From assembly GCF_036321535.1 (NCBI RefSeq), contig NC_087438.1, positions 4,404,001-4,468,000 on the forward strand: 64,000 nt of DNA, given 5' to 3'. Under the pieces are notes generated by a model. The model made no database searches. It was given only the letters and a program-made list of their open reading frames with translations, and was not told where the DNA came from. Positions 12,985 to 25,675 of the stretch are shown piece by piece. The translations under genes and the position numbers were made by a program. This DNA is from Camelus dromedarius. Taxonomy: Eukaryota. Numbering within the stretch: the stretch's first letter is position 1; each line of letters opens with the position of its first letter.

Positions 12985-13180
12985 AATAGGCGAAGGCTTT
13001 GGAGTCGAACACACTCCTCTGCCTCACATCCCACGTGGATAAGGAACTTAGCCTCCCAGAATCTCGGTTTCCACTTTCCAAACTACAATTATGAAGTTAC
13101 TATTTACAGAGGGGAGTGCCGTGACAAGACAAAGCAGTACGTGGGAAGCCCTCTGCCTGGCACGTAACTGACACTCAGGA
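12985..13180 (+). mobile_element. MIR SINE
   Basis: ggctttggagtc...acttagcctc...ctcggtttcc...tgcctggcacgtaactgacactcag. Confidence 0.65.
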
Positions 13181-15204
13181 CAGCTTTCAGAAACCGCAGG
13201 ATGGGTCTGGTGCGGTCAGGCTGACGGCGTGGGTCGGCTGTTAGGGTCGGCTTTAAGTTGTCCACTTCATCCCAGGTGAACTTGGGCAAAGGCATGGAAG
13301 GTTCTCCAGTAATTGGGCATTGGCTCTGCCTTTCACTTAGGCGACAGAGACGAACATGTGACCAATCACACACTCTCCCCCAGAACACATCCGCCCCCAT
13401 GCCACCCAGCTGGGTGGGGGAGTTGGCTGCCGTGGTGTGGGTAATCTACGTCCAGCGACACGCTTTCCTTAAGGCAAAAGTTAAAGACCCAGCAGGACTG
13501 TAACAACACCCCAACCCTAAGGAGTCAGGGTGTGGTCTCTATGTCAGTAGGACAGGGACCTACTGTCAAAGCTGCATAAAATGTCTGCTCTTGACCTCTG
13601 CTGTGTTTGTCACTTACGTGTTTGCCTTCAAGAGTTCTATTTCCAATCAAGAATAAACTTTGCCTGTTAGTGGAAACAAGTTATTTTTACTTGAACACAG
13701 GGGCAGGGCGGAGACACTGAGGTAGGTGGGTGCACAATCTGTTGGCAAAAATGAAGTCTAAATCAACTGTTTTAGGCTGATATGCCTTCTAGGGCAGGGA
13801 CTGTGCGTCACCCTGCAGGGACTGGTCTGCACAGAGGCAACGGGCCAGCAGTTTTCTGAGCCATGAAAAGTTTTCTGATAAATAATTCTGAAGATGAAAT
13901 CCAATCACATAATTCTTCACAGCTTGAATAAAATCTCCCATAGGAAACTATTCCTTTTTTTAAAAAAATTCTTCTTCTTCTATATTTGCAAAGTTTTTAA
14001 TTTCTCCAAGACCTTTTAGAACTCTGTCTTTATATCATCTCCACAGGCAATGCTGCCAGGTAGATTCACAGACGGTTCTATGCTGAGCTGAGAGATAGGA
14101 AATAAGCGTTAAAAGCTTAACTGGGTTTTCAAACCTGCTTTTACTTGCACATGGTCAATTACTTTTCTGCATCACTTAAACATTACATTAAGTTAATCCT
14201 AAAGCAACTTTTAAATCTCTAACCTCAAGGGGTATTTCTAGCAACAACTCTCCAAAGTTTACCTTTTTAAATAATACAGATCATTTTGCATTTGACAGTC
14301 TTTCTTATTTTTACCAAATTCTGTGTATCTGCACACACACCCCTGATGTATGTAGTCTTAGTCTCATTGTTTCACGGGTTTCTTCTCACTTTAGTTTCTC
14401 CTTTTTATGGTGTTACTTTTCCATGAAGCATTAATTTCTGGAATTGCATACAATTGCGCGCAAGGCTATCTCCTCTCTTTTGCAATCGGGAGCCTCCCAG
14501 GGTCTCTGGTCTCACCTGCTGGGGGGCTGTGTCCTATGCCACTTGTCCTCAGAACCCTGAACTTCATGGCGTCCAGGGTAACAACTTTCCCACACTGAAA
14601 TGGTGGGGATTGAAACTGTTTTTAGTAAATGATAGCTTGGAGCTTCCTCGGATTTTCTCTAGAAAGCTAGCTTTGGAAATAAAAGTAAAGGCTCTCCTAA
14701 TCATCATGCCAATTATTTATTTAATAAATGAACTGGAAAGGGCCTTAGAGGTCGCTGGGAATGACCCGGGCCTTTAATTTGGTTCAGTCAGCACCACGCT
14801 CAGTCCTCAGCTCGGGGCCTGTTTGAACACACTTCCTTCCGATCACATAAAGGGTTTTGAAACTCGCCTGTCCCAATGACTTCTAACAGTGAAAGGATTC
14901 TATGACAAAAGAAGTGTAACCCAGAGACCTCACTTTTTTGAAGGGTGTTTTAAGACACAGGAAGTTAAATTCATAGTCCAGGCTCCCCATCTAATACAAA
15001 TAACACAATAAAGCTGGGACCAGAGACGGGGAGCCTGTCATTTCTGGTCACACAGTTGTAGACGTGCGACATATATCTACATACACAGGCATGTGCGGCG
15101 CAGCTAAGAGCCAGGCGCTGTCTTGGAACATCAAGAAAAAATATATATATTTGGCATATATGTCAAAATGTAAAAATATATGAATTTAAATATATATCCA
15201 TACA

Positions 15205-15590
15205 TGTGGTGATGAGCGGAGAAGTGGTCTCCCAAAAGGTACGCCCAAGTCTTAACCCCCAGAAGCTGTGAGTGCAACTTTATTTGAAGTCTTTGCAGGT
15301 GTAATTAAGTTGAGGATCTCAAGATGAGATCATTGTGGGTTTAGGCTGGACCCTAAAGCTAATGGTAGGTGTCCTTATAAAGGAAAAGTTGAGGGAGATT
15401 TGAGAAACAGAGACACAGGGGAGAGGGCGACACGAAGACGGAGGCAGAGACTGAAATGGTGAGTCTACCAGCCGGGCAACGGGCAATGTCAAGCACCACC
15501 AGCACCTCCAGAGGCTGGGAGGGAGGCAGCAACGGATTCTCCCTCAGCCCCCGGAAGGAACCAAACCCAGGTCTGGACTTCTGGCCCTCC
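15205..15590 (+). mobile_element. MaLR LTR (MLT1B/C-like)
   Basis: gtctttgcaggtgtaattaagttgaggatctcaagatgagatcat...gtgtccttataa...gacggaggcagagactg...ggacttctggcc. Confidence 0.85.
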
Positions 15591-16334
15591 TAGGTGGGCA
15601 GAGTATTCAATGCTATCCTACAAAAAGCCATTCCTTTGAGCCTCTCTCTCTGAATCTCTGAAAATGTAACTGCCAAGACTTCCGTGACATTGGCACTTTC
15701 TTCCCTCGGAAGCAAAGGTCACAATGGTGTGGTGGCGCGGGGCTGCAGGTGTGGAAGGAAGGGCGCTGGAAAGAAACTGAAAGTTTGCAAAGAGCAGACC
15801 CAGGAAGGAAGGCACCCCAGGTGGTACGTTGCATTTCATGGCAAGAATGAAGTGATGGGCCTGGTCTTTACCTAAAAATAGATTCTCCTGCTGGCCTTGA
15901 AGAGGGACGCTGCCAAGGTGGGAGGGGCCTCACGGCAGGAGACTGCGGGGTCTCTAGGAGCTGAACCTGCAGGAAACAGGACCCCCGCCCCATAGCTGCT
16001 CGGGACTGAATTCTGCCAACAGCGGCCCGAGCTCCAGAAGGAAACACAGCCCAGCTGACTCCCTGGCTGCAAACTGGGGAGATGCTGGGCAGAGGACCCG
16101 CTAAGCTGTGCCTGGACCCCAGACCCAGACAAAGTGCGAGACCACAGATGAACGTGATTGTAACTGCTAACTGTTGCACAGCAATGAAAAACAAACACAC
16201 CAGGCGAACCGCACGTCTTCGTCTTCCCCTACCCAGAGACGCTGAACTCAGTGGTGAGGAGAAGGTTCTGCCAGAGGACAGCTGGCCTGGCCTTGCCCAG
16301 GTGTTACGTTGTGGCTCCTCTGGGCCCCGGGGCA

Positions 16335-16755
16335 TGATCTCCGTTCCCTGCAGCTGCCATGGCAGTCACCATGAACTGGGTGGATTAAAACAACAGAAAT
16401 GTATTCTCTCACATTTCTAGAAGCCAGCAGTCCAAGATCATGGTGCTGGCAGGACCACGCTCTCTCTGAAGGCTCTGAGGGAGGATCCTTCTTGCCTTGT
16501 CCAACGTCTGGTGGCTCCTGGCATCGCCTGGCTTGTGGCTGTATTTTGCCAATCCCTGCCCCGATCTGTGCCAAATCGCCCTCTGCCTGTTCTCACAGGG
16601 ACACTTGGCATTGGATTCAGGACACACTCAGATAATCCAGGACGATCTCACCTCAAGATTCCTAATTTAATTACACCTGAAAAGACCCTTTTTTCAAACA
16701 AGATACCAGGGCCCAGGACGTGGGCTTATCTTTCCAGAAGCTGCCAATCAACCTA
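16335..16755 (-). mobile_element. MaLR LTR (MLT1B/C-like)
   Basis: ggattaaaacaacagaaatgtattctctcacatttctagaagccag...ctctgaaggctctgagggaggatccttcttgcc...aatttaattacacctgaaaagaccc. Confidence 0.85.
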
Positions 16756-18026
16756 CCTCAGGCGTCAGTGCCAACGATCTTGAAATTTGCACGCACACCA
16801 CATCCCAGCTCTGCCTGCCCTTGACCCTGGGGCAGAGCCCTCCCTCCTCTGTGGTCTGCAGATCACCCTCTCCAGAGGGTGCAGTCCCTGCCTGTCCCTC
16901 CCCTAGCCCTGCACCCGCCCCTCTTCTCAGCATCCTGGCCCTGGTGAGGGGATGGGCAGAGCTGGCAGGGACTTGCCCCATCCAGCAGGCCGGCTCACCC
17001 AAGGAGGCCCAGCAGCGGAAGGGACACGTGGGCCTGCTGCTTTTCCAGTGAGAATTTGTCCGAGGAGAAGGCAAGAGCCAAGACCGCCGATGTTCCGCAG
17101 AGGGCAGCTTGGGGTCAGCTCATTTCATTCGGGAACGCCTGCTGACTCCTTGAGGTGAGTGAACCACAGCTTCAAAAAAGTGCACCTTTTCCCTTGAACT
17201 GGAGTTTCCTCTCTCAAGTTTGCTCTAAGTAATGAACACCTGCGGGGAGCTGTGTACTGAGTCACCGGCCGGTGGCACCGGTCTTGCCGTTTGGTCCTGC
17301 AGATGCTTCCCCGTGGCCCTGACTCATCGCCCCCACCCTCCTGGCTGTGAACAGACAGATGACTTCAGGGACCAGAGAGCATCTGGAGAAAGAGAAGATT
17401 GATTTTGGTGTAAAAAGTTTTCCCAGGAAGGGAAACCCCCAGCCCTGTAAATGAACCACCAACAGCCATGAGGAAACGCCACCGCCCTCTGAGACCCAAA
17501 CCCCCAGGTGCCTCCCATGGCCCACGGCAGGCCCTGCCAAAGACAGCGGGGGACGCCCCTCCCCTTCCGTCAAATTCTCCTGGTCACCTTGGCTGCTTTC
17601 TCCTCTCTCTCTACTGGCTGAGAGTTCAAACTTCTCCCAAACAGACCTGCATGGAATTTGACCCAACACTGAACTACGCACTGGTGATTCCCAGAGCCTC
17701 TGCCTGTTCGCACCTGCCGCCAGAATTCAGCCCCAGAGCAGCTCTGCTCTGTCCAGCTTGTGCAGAGCAGATGCCGCCAGGCCTGGTGATGGGTTGACTA
17801 GAAAGAACATTTTAATTAGAGGGAGGTGGGGAATAGGGACCAGACAGAGAGGCCTGGCGTCATCCCTTTTTCTGGGTTGGCAGCTTCTGAACCGCGTGTT
17901 CCAACGTGTGGGTGGTTCCTGGCGATGTTAATTACTTTTCTTCCCAAAGCTCATGCCGGCTGGGCCTCGATGAGACACTGAGTGGTCTGTGAAACAAACT
18001 GTGCTCGGATCAGATTCTCTACGGGG

Positions 18027-18194
18027 ATGAGATGGATCTCCTGGTTCTGATGCCTTGTGCTGGAACGAGTGGTCCTGGGACCGTGCCTGCTCAGAGCCCT
18101 GTGGGAGGGGAATGAGATGGATCTCCTGGTTCTGATGCCTTGTGCTGGAACCAGTGGTCCTGGGACCGTGCCTGCTCGGAGTCCTGGGGGAGGG
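18027..18194. repeat. 85-bp tandem duplication, about two copies
   Basis: atgagatggatctcctggttctgatgccttgtgctggaac... starts at 18027 and again at 18112, with few mismatches. Confidence 0.95.
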
Positions 18195-19242
18195 CAGCAT
18201 CTGCTGCAGGGGATTCAGGAACTGGCTGGTGAGACGGGGCCGCAGGAGGACACGTCCCTTCCGATCCCCAGTCTAGACCAGAAGACTGGCGTTTCTCAAC
18301 CGCAAATAGAAACTAACCAGCCACATAAGCAGGATCTGCACAAAAATATCCATCTGGAGGCCGTCCTGTAATTTACTCTCTTTGTCATAGAGAGAACTAT
18401 ATATTTTTTTCCTTCAGAAGTGTCCTTTCCTTCCCCACAATTCTGAACGTTGGACAGAAGTGGGAGATGCATCAATGAAAGAGTCCTGTCCTGCCCGGGT
18501 GCCTGGCCGGGGTCCACATCGCAGCAGGCCCCACGGGGCCGTCAGAACAAAGGGCAGATCATAGGATTTGCACAGATCGGCCCCAACTGCCCACGTCAGC
18601 TTCCTGACATTCTATATGTGGGGTTTTTTTCCCATGGTGCTAGAGGGGGAAAGTCATATATTTCTTATAATTTTTTTACTTGAAAAAAAAAAAAAAAGAT
18701 GAGAAAGCAGGACCGAAAAGGGAAACACGTGGTCAGAGAGAGTCCCTGTGAGCCAGGAGGGTGGGGGAGAAATTAAAATGTTCAAGGTGCTGTGGCTACG
18801 TGAGGCCAGTAGAGGGCACAAACCCCAGCTTACCTGGAGCCTGGTATGAGGCGGGCAAGGGAATAAAGGAAGGTTCCCGCCAGTTCCCTAGCACCCACCC
18901 TGTGCCTCTGCAGGGCAGCAGCAGCCCCCTGTGCACCCTCCTCGGGATGCAGGGCTGACCTGGGGGGTCTCAGCAGATCTCCAAGCAAAGGCTCCTGTCG
19001 GCCTGGGGACCACAGGTCCCAGTGCCCTGCTGACCCAGGAGCACCATTCTTCAGGTGTCCGAGGAGCAGAATTCTCGGTGATGAGGATGAGTCGGACCAG
19101 ATGGCTTCCAAACTGGGGCTGGGCTCACTCAGCGGGAGCGGGGTGCAGGGCAGCGGGACACGCCTGTACCACAGGCGAGTCAGGCACGACCTGCCCGCTG
19201 GGGGAGACCCAGCAGGACGTGGTGAGAGCACAGGCCTGACAG

Positions 19243-19565
19243 TGTGGCCAGCAGACTTATGGCCCCAAAGACATCCTCATGGTGTTCGACGCACGGAACC
19301 TGAGACCCTGTGACCTTCCACGGCCAAAACATCTTTGCAGGTGTGACCCAGTTAAGGACAGTGAGGTGGGAGGTGATCCTGAATCTTGCGGGGGGCGGGG
19401 GATGTCATCACAAGGGTCTCTCTAAGAGGGAGGCAGCGGGATCAGAGTCAGTGAAGGAGATGTGGTGACAGAGGGCAGAAGCCAGGGTGACTCGAGAAGG
19501 GGTCACAGGCCAAGGGATGCTGGCACCTCTAGAGCCTAGAGGTAAGGGCGAGTCCCTAGCCTCTG
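19243..19565 (+). mobile_element. MaLR LTR (MLT1D-like), partial
   Basis: atggccccaaagacatcc...tttgcaggtgtgacccagttaagga...tcatcacaagggtc...caagggatgctggcacctctagag. Confidence 0.8.
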
Positions 19566-21769
19566 TTTCAGAAAAATGCAGCTGAAGAAAGTGCTTCTCC
19601 GACAGTGGCTGCAGACGACTCGGCGGAGGGTGTGACTCAGGACACTCAGAGCAATGTGCCTGGCAGGGTGAGCAGAGGCAGGCACCACCCCTGCTTCCCG
19701 GCACCTCAGCGCCCCTGGCAGTGGAGCATTCCGAGGCCCCCCGCCTGGAAGCCCGCGGGAGACAGGAAGCCAAGCCCCCTGCAGCATCCGGGGAGCAGAG
19801 GGTAGTGCCAGGAGCTGGAGACTGGTTCCTTCTTGCTCAGGAGGATGCGATGCCGCCACCGCCCCAAGCCCAGCCTCCTGCCTACCAGCCTCCGCACCCT
19901 GGGCCTCCCAGCGGGACCCTCACTACGCTGGAGCACCCAGGGAGTGAGGGTCTCCTAAGAGCCCACGTGCCGGCTCAGGGAACATCCCAGGATCGGGAGT
20001 CAGGGGAGAAGCTTGCCTGGAATGTGAGTATTTTGTAAATCCTGCCTCCAGGTTCCACAGGGATCACTCCCAGGAACAGCAGCCTGCAATTCCAGAGCAC
20101 AGTCCGGAACCAGACCTCCCGATTCCCCAAAGGCCAGCGGAGTGGGACAGCGACGTGCCAGGGCGACACGGCCTCTGGCCCTCCAGCCGCCGTGTGTCCA
20201 GAGGCAGACGTGGCACTGCTGGTTCCGGGCGCAGGTCCCAGGCCTCTCACCGTGTCTCGGGGGCAGGATGACAGAATAGGGAGCAGGCAGTAGCATCATC
20301 CCGAGAATTCAAACCACTGCACGGCCGTCCCCCGAGAGCGCTGCTGTCCCCCGATCTGCCCTCTGCGTCCCTGAAGGCGCACTGTTCCGTGCAGGGGTTC
20401 TCCACTCCAACCCCGGGATGAGGCCAGGACGCCCAGCGGGGTGGGCGGGCTGCGCCCCGAGAATAACCCCCACTCACGTCTCGACCGGCCGACGTCCTGG
20501 CCGGTGGCTGGGGTGAGCTGCGGCTGGGACGCTCATGGCGTCTGCAGATGGTCAGTCTGGAGGAAGAGCTAATCCCACACATAACAGGATGAAGGCCACA
20601 GACAAAGTGGGGAGACTGACGTGCTGCCAAAACAAGCCAGGTGAGTTTTAACCAGCACCGCGGGAGACGCTGGATCCTGGTTACGTGGCTGGAGGCGGAG
20701 AGGTCGTCGGTGTAACTCACGGCAGAGCATCTGGGACCCAACAGCGCCGACGCAGGCGTCCTCCGGCAGCGGACACATGGGTGCAGCCGCCGCGTCTGCC
20801 TTGCTGCTTCCACAGGACAGGAATTGATTTCAATTTCAGACTCTACACTTCTCTGGACAAAATCCGGGAGAACTGAAAAATCTGGAAAGCCTCCCATTCC
20901 AGCGTACCTTTAAAGCCTGGCTTTTATATATATATGTTTTTAAAATTTCGTTGATGTTTAAATGCATAGTGAACAGATGAGGAAGTAGGGGAAATCCTCA
21001 GATGAGACAAGCAGGGCTAGACCTCAATCCAGAGCAGTTAGGTGACCCTGTTGCCAGAGGCTGACACAGGACATCGGTGATTCTGTCCCCAGAGCTGTCT
21101 GTTTGCCTGGGTCCTTGGGGACAGGACACAAGTCCTTAATGAGCTGCCTCCCACACCCCCGGGACACTCAGGGCTTGGCTCCAGCGCTCCGTGGCTGTAG
21201 AGAGACATGTGTGGGGCGGCAAGGAGTGGGGGTAGCAGGGTCCCGCCAGGCAGGGTTGGGCAGAGCCAGTCAGCGGGCACTCGGTAGTCCCCTGGGCACA
21301 TTTTATTCTGACTTGGGTCCCCAAACTGCCATGGAAGCAGGACATTGGGTCCCAGACAAGGCCGAGACTCCCGGGTCCTCAAAGAGTCAAGCCCTGGGGG
21401 TCCTGACTGCCCACACTGGTCACTGGGGGGCTGCCCAGTTTCCAGCCCATGGACCCTTAGGAAGTCCCACAACCCCACTGTCCCCCTGCAGAGACCACAG
21501 TAACGCTGGGCAGGGACAGGTCTCTTCAAGGCCCAGCAGCCCTCCCCTCTGCGGCCCAGCCGCCTCCCCAGGGGTCGCCACGCCCCTCCATGCCTGCGCC
21601 CTCTGCCCTCAAGGCTCCCTCCTCCTCTGAACACCCTGAGAAAACTTCGCTCTCAGTTTCAGCTTCCACAGACTACAAGGAGGGACGTTTCCTGCACGTA
21701 GCTTCTGCCCTTGGCTCACGTCCCTCCCGCCTAAAGCAACAGGCGAGCGCCGTCCATCGTCACCACGCC

Positions 21770-21915
21770 TGACCCTTACGACAACGCCTGCCGAGGGTAT
21801 GACGGTCACCGCATCGGTGATGGGGAAAGTGAGGTGTGGCTGTGCTAAGGGACTTGTCCAAGGCCTCCCAGCTGGCGATGTGAAATCACGACCCTACCCG
21901 CCTGCTGTGGTCTGG
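21770..21915 (-). mobile_element. Degenerate MIR SINE
   Basis: gatggggaaagtgagg...gctaagggacttgtccaaggcctcccagct resembles the antisense MIR core. Confidence 0.55.
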
Positions 21916-21929
21916 AGACAGCCCTCCGC

Positions 21930-22270
21930 TGTGACAGTTTTATGTGTCAGCTTGCCGAGGCCATGGTGCCCAGTTTGGTCAAACGCCAACCTCAGTGTTG
22001 CTGGTATGTTTGATGTGGTTAACATTCACATCAGTAGACTGTGACCAGAGCAGATCACCCTCCGTGATGTGGGTGGGCCTCACCCCATCAGCTGAAGGCC
22101 TTGAGAGCAAAGACTGGGATTTTTCCTCCTCAAGAAGAAGGAATTTGGCCTCAAGACTATGACACAGAAACCCTGTCTGAGTGTCCAGCCAGCTGCCCTG
22201 CGGAATTCAGACTCAAGACTGCAGCACCCGGCCTCTCCTGAGTTCGCATTCTCTGCCTCTCTGGAGAGCC
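21930..22270 (+). mobile_element. ERVL LTR (MLT2-like)
   Basis: ttttatgtgtcagcttg...gccatggtgcccagtttggtcaaac...atgtgggtgggcctcaccccatcagctgaaggccttga. Confidence 0.85.
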
Positions 22271-23650
22271 CGCATCACACACTCGTCTGTAAGCGGGTGT
22301 CATGGGAGGCTTCCCCAAGCAACCCATAACCTTGATCAGAGACTTCTAGGACCACAGTGGGCAGTGAGGCTTGGGACCCCAGTTAGAGCCCTCACCCCAC
22401 CCATCGCGTCCTCACTGTGTGATGGCACTCAGCCACTCAGGGCTCGGTTGTAAGTTCTACGTCAGAACAGCTGTGCAGAGGGGTGCAGGCCGGGCTGTGT
22501 GTGAGCAGAGTTGGTTCTGGTCCTGTTTATCTTTCTTTCAAAATAATTTTCCACCAAAATGTGCATCCACTGACAGGCTCTGATCTGCCCTCCCACTTCT
22601 GTAACTGCCCCCGGGACGTGGCGGTAAGTGCTGACGGCGTCCCCGCGTGGCGCCCCTGTAATGGCAGGTTCGGAGAAAAGAACGTGTTGGAACAGTCCCA
22701 CCCTGCTCTGTCTCGGCCGGGCGTCTCCACTCAGGGAGGGACGTCACCGCCGGGGGCAGGGGCGCTCAGCTGGGGACGGCCAGCGGGACGACGTGGGCGA
22801 GGCCACCTCAACCAAGGGTCCCGTGGGCTGGGCTGCTCCAGGGGGAACTCAGCCTACCGGTTCTCTTGGACTCAAATAGTCAAAGGGCAAACTGGTTATT
22901 TACCTGTGTGAACGGCTACCGTCGCTGAGTCAGTGGTGTGTAGTCACGTCCTATGACAGAAAATGAATAAAAGATGATTTTATGTTACTAAGAAAAGAAC
23001 GTGTCTGGAGTCTTTGGGAGGTTTCCTTTCCCCCAGTGTCCCACTCCACAGCAGCCATCCGGTTCCTGGGATTTCAAAATGCCTTAGGTCCTGGGCACGT
23101 TAGGACAGGTGGGTTTGCTCACAGAGTCCAGAATATGTTGGCTTTTTTGGAGCCTTTGTTTCTAAGGCTTGAATCTCACATTCTTCTCTTAAATTCAGCG
23201 AGAAGGGTCAGTGCGGATGGGGGCTAAGGAAGGCAGGACCTGGGTGGAACGGTGGCAAGGGGTCAGTGAGGTGGCTGCCCCTCCCAGGGCTGGATCCTGG
23301 GTGGAGTCACCCTGGGTTGCTGGTGACACCATGGAAGGAAGGCAGGGCTGTTTGTCATGGAAGCTCCGACACCCTCCAGTTGGGTGTGCGTTAAGGACCT
23401 CCCAGCCAGGTGGGCACGACAGAGTAAATATTGGGGTAGCATTTGCCAAACTCTGCAACAGCCATGAGCACCAGGGAAGGCTCGGCATGTACACCCCAGG
23501 GCCAGGTACCGACGAGCAGCAGCAGGATGGAGACTCGCCCCAGATGGAAGAGGTGAACTTGGCTCTCACGGGTGGAGAAGGAAGAGCCATCCGGCAGGTC
23601 CCAGACACGCGGCACGGCATCCTGATGCCTCCGTGGAAAATGCCTCAGTA

Positions 23651-23927
23651 AGCAGACTCACAGACAGAAAACAAACTTGTGGTTGCTGGGGGGTGGGGGA
23701 AAGAAGGATAGGGGGATAAACTGGGAGCTCGGGATTCGCAGACACTAACTACTACGTATAAAATAGGTAAACAGCAGTGTCTGACTGTACAGCAAGGGGA
23801 CTATATTCAATAGCCTACAGTGAAAATGAATATATATGTATAACTGACTCCCTATGCTGTACACCAGAAATTAACACAACATTGTAAACTGACTGTACTT
23901 CAATAAAAAAAAGAAAAGAAAAGAAAA
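23651..23927 (+). mobile_element. L1 3'UTR fragment with A/GAAAA tail and a 15-bp TSD
   Basis: cagactcacagacagaaaacaaacttgtggttgc...tacttcaataaaaaaa. Flanks gaaaatgcctcagta (23636-23650) and gaaaatgcattagta (23928-23942) differ at 2 positions. Confidence 0.92.
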
Positions 23928-24356
23928 GAAAATGCATTAGTATTTTAAGTAAGAAGCACATTAGCCTTTTCTTGGAAGGTATATTGGACAAAGCCATCCG
24001 AGCAGATCTGTAAACCAGAGTCAGCCCCTCTTCCTGGGGTCCCAAGGTCACAAGCACCTCCTTAGCCTTAGGTGCTTCCCAGCTAGTGGCACCAGCCCAG
24101 GAGCCGCCACCAAGCAGAAAGCAGCAATTAAGCCAAAGAGAGGGAGCCAGAAACAGGGAGAGACGGGCGTGCCTGCCAGGTGAGCTCCCAGCGCCGGGGC
24201 TGGCAGCATGGCCAGAAGCAGAGGGTCCGGAGCGAGCTCTCCCAGGCAGGAGCCCCTTCATGACTGAAGACCTTGGCTCCCTCCTGGGTCCCTGGGTCCC
24301 TGGGTCCTGCCTCAGCCCTCAGACCACTTAATGCCTGGCAGAAGTCTGGTGTAAGC

Positions 24357-25213
24357 TGCATTGTCCAAGAATTCAAATGCAGGGTGTACAGAGAGGTTGA
24401 AATTGAGCCACCTGGGGCCAGTCCAAACTGAGATGCTCTGGATGTCAAAGATTCAGTGTGCAAAGAGGAATGTGAACTATCTCTTTGAGACAGGAGGGAA
24501 GGGGGCAGGGCACAGCCAGTAGCAGAAGGACACAGCCATTGAGAAAAACAGGATAGACACCCACTGGTTAGAACCAATTTGACCCAAGGTGGCAGAAGAT
24601 TCGACTTGCAGTGGCCCTTGAGCCTCATTATAGGCTCACTGTAACACATTAGCTGCTAAATGACACACCCACTGGTGCCATGACATTTCCCAGGCTGGCC
24701 ACAAAAGGCCAAAAAGTGGGCAGGGCCCAATCCCTGGAAATCCCCGCCCCTTCCCCAAAATAGGTGCGATAATCTTCCCACTTGTTAGCAGATGCAATTA
24801 CCCAGCCCATGAAAACTAACCACCCCGTACTCCAGGCCCCCTTTCCTTCTGAGACGAACCACACTCTGTCTGTGGAGTGTGTCTCTCGCTAAATAAACTT
24901 GTTTTCATTTCACTATGTCTTGCTTTTGAATTCCTTCCTGCATGAAGCCAAGGAACTTCGCTTGGCAGGACGCGTCCCTGGCACTCGCCCGAGACCTGGG
25001 GCGTGACCATCCTCTTGTACCCCATTTTTCTGCATCACCTTGAACATTTTTTTATATTGATTACATGTTGAAATCATATTTTAGATACATTTGATTAGAT
25101 AAAAATATTATCAAATTCGTTTTACCAGTTTATTCTTACTATTTTAACCTGGCTAAAGAAAATTTAAAACTACACGTATGCAGCCTGCATCGTACTTCTG
25201 ATGGGCAGCACTG
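24357..25213 (-). mobile_element. MER33-like hAT-Charlie DNA transposon fossil, split by an LTR (pieces 24357-24485 and 25038-25213)
   Basis: tgcattgtccaa...agtccaaactgagatg...gaatgtgaactatctc | tttttatattgattacatgttgaaat...aaaatttaaaactacac...gggcagcactg is colinear with the recalled MER33 consensus. Confidence 0.75.
24486..25037 (+). mobile_element. ERV1-type solo LTR (MER41-like), 552 bp
   Basis: TG...CA termini; near 4-bp TSD tctt/cctt; AATAAA at ~24892; gaattccttcctgcatgaagccaaggaac motif. Confidence 0.8.
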
Positions 25214-25229
25214 CTCTCAGCCTGGTGGC

Positions 25230-25675
25230 GGCAGCCTCTAGTGTGACCTGCGGACGCCCACCCCCTGGGATCCAGGCTTGTATACTCCCCTCCCCTCAAG
25301 TGGCTGCTTCAAGCCGTCAGAGCAGGGCACCACGGAGGGAAAGTTGCTTTTGTGGTTGGAGTACAAAAGCCAGTGACTGTGTCCTGTGCCCCCACTGGGC
25401 AGGCTGCCATGTTGGAGGGGCTCACCTGGCAAGGCCCTGAAGACAACCCCCGGCCAACAGCCCTCAAAGAACTGGACCCTGCCAACCACCAGTGAGCAGG
25501 TGGGGGGCCCGGCCTTCCCCATTTCAAGCTGCGGCGACTGAAGCCTCGGCATCACGTGGAGGGCAGAGAGGACCCAGCAAAGCCAGGCCCCAATTCTCGG
25601 CCCACAAGGACTGTCATGAAATAAGCATGTGTTGCTTGAAACTACTAAGTTTTGGGGAAACCTGTTACGCAGCCC
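25230..25675 (+). mobile_element. MaLR LTR (MLT1E/F-like)
   Basis: gaactggaccctgccaaccaccagtgagc...aattctcggcccaca...gttgcttgaaactactaagttttggggaaacctgttacgcagc. Confidence 0.7.

Noticed and set aside
18027..18194. Direct repeats considered as a CRISPR-like array
   Set aside because: Two adjacent copies with no spacers, in eukaryotic DNA with no cas genes.
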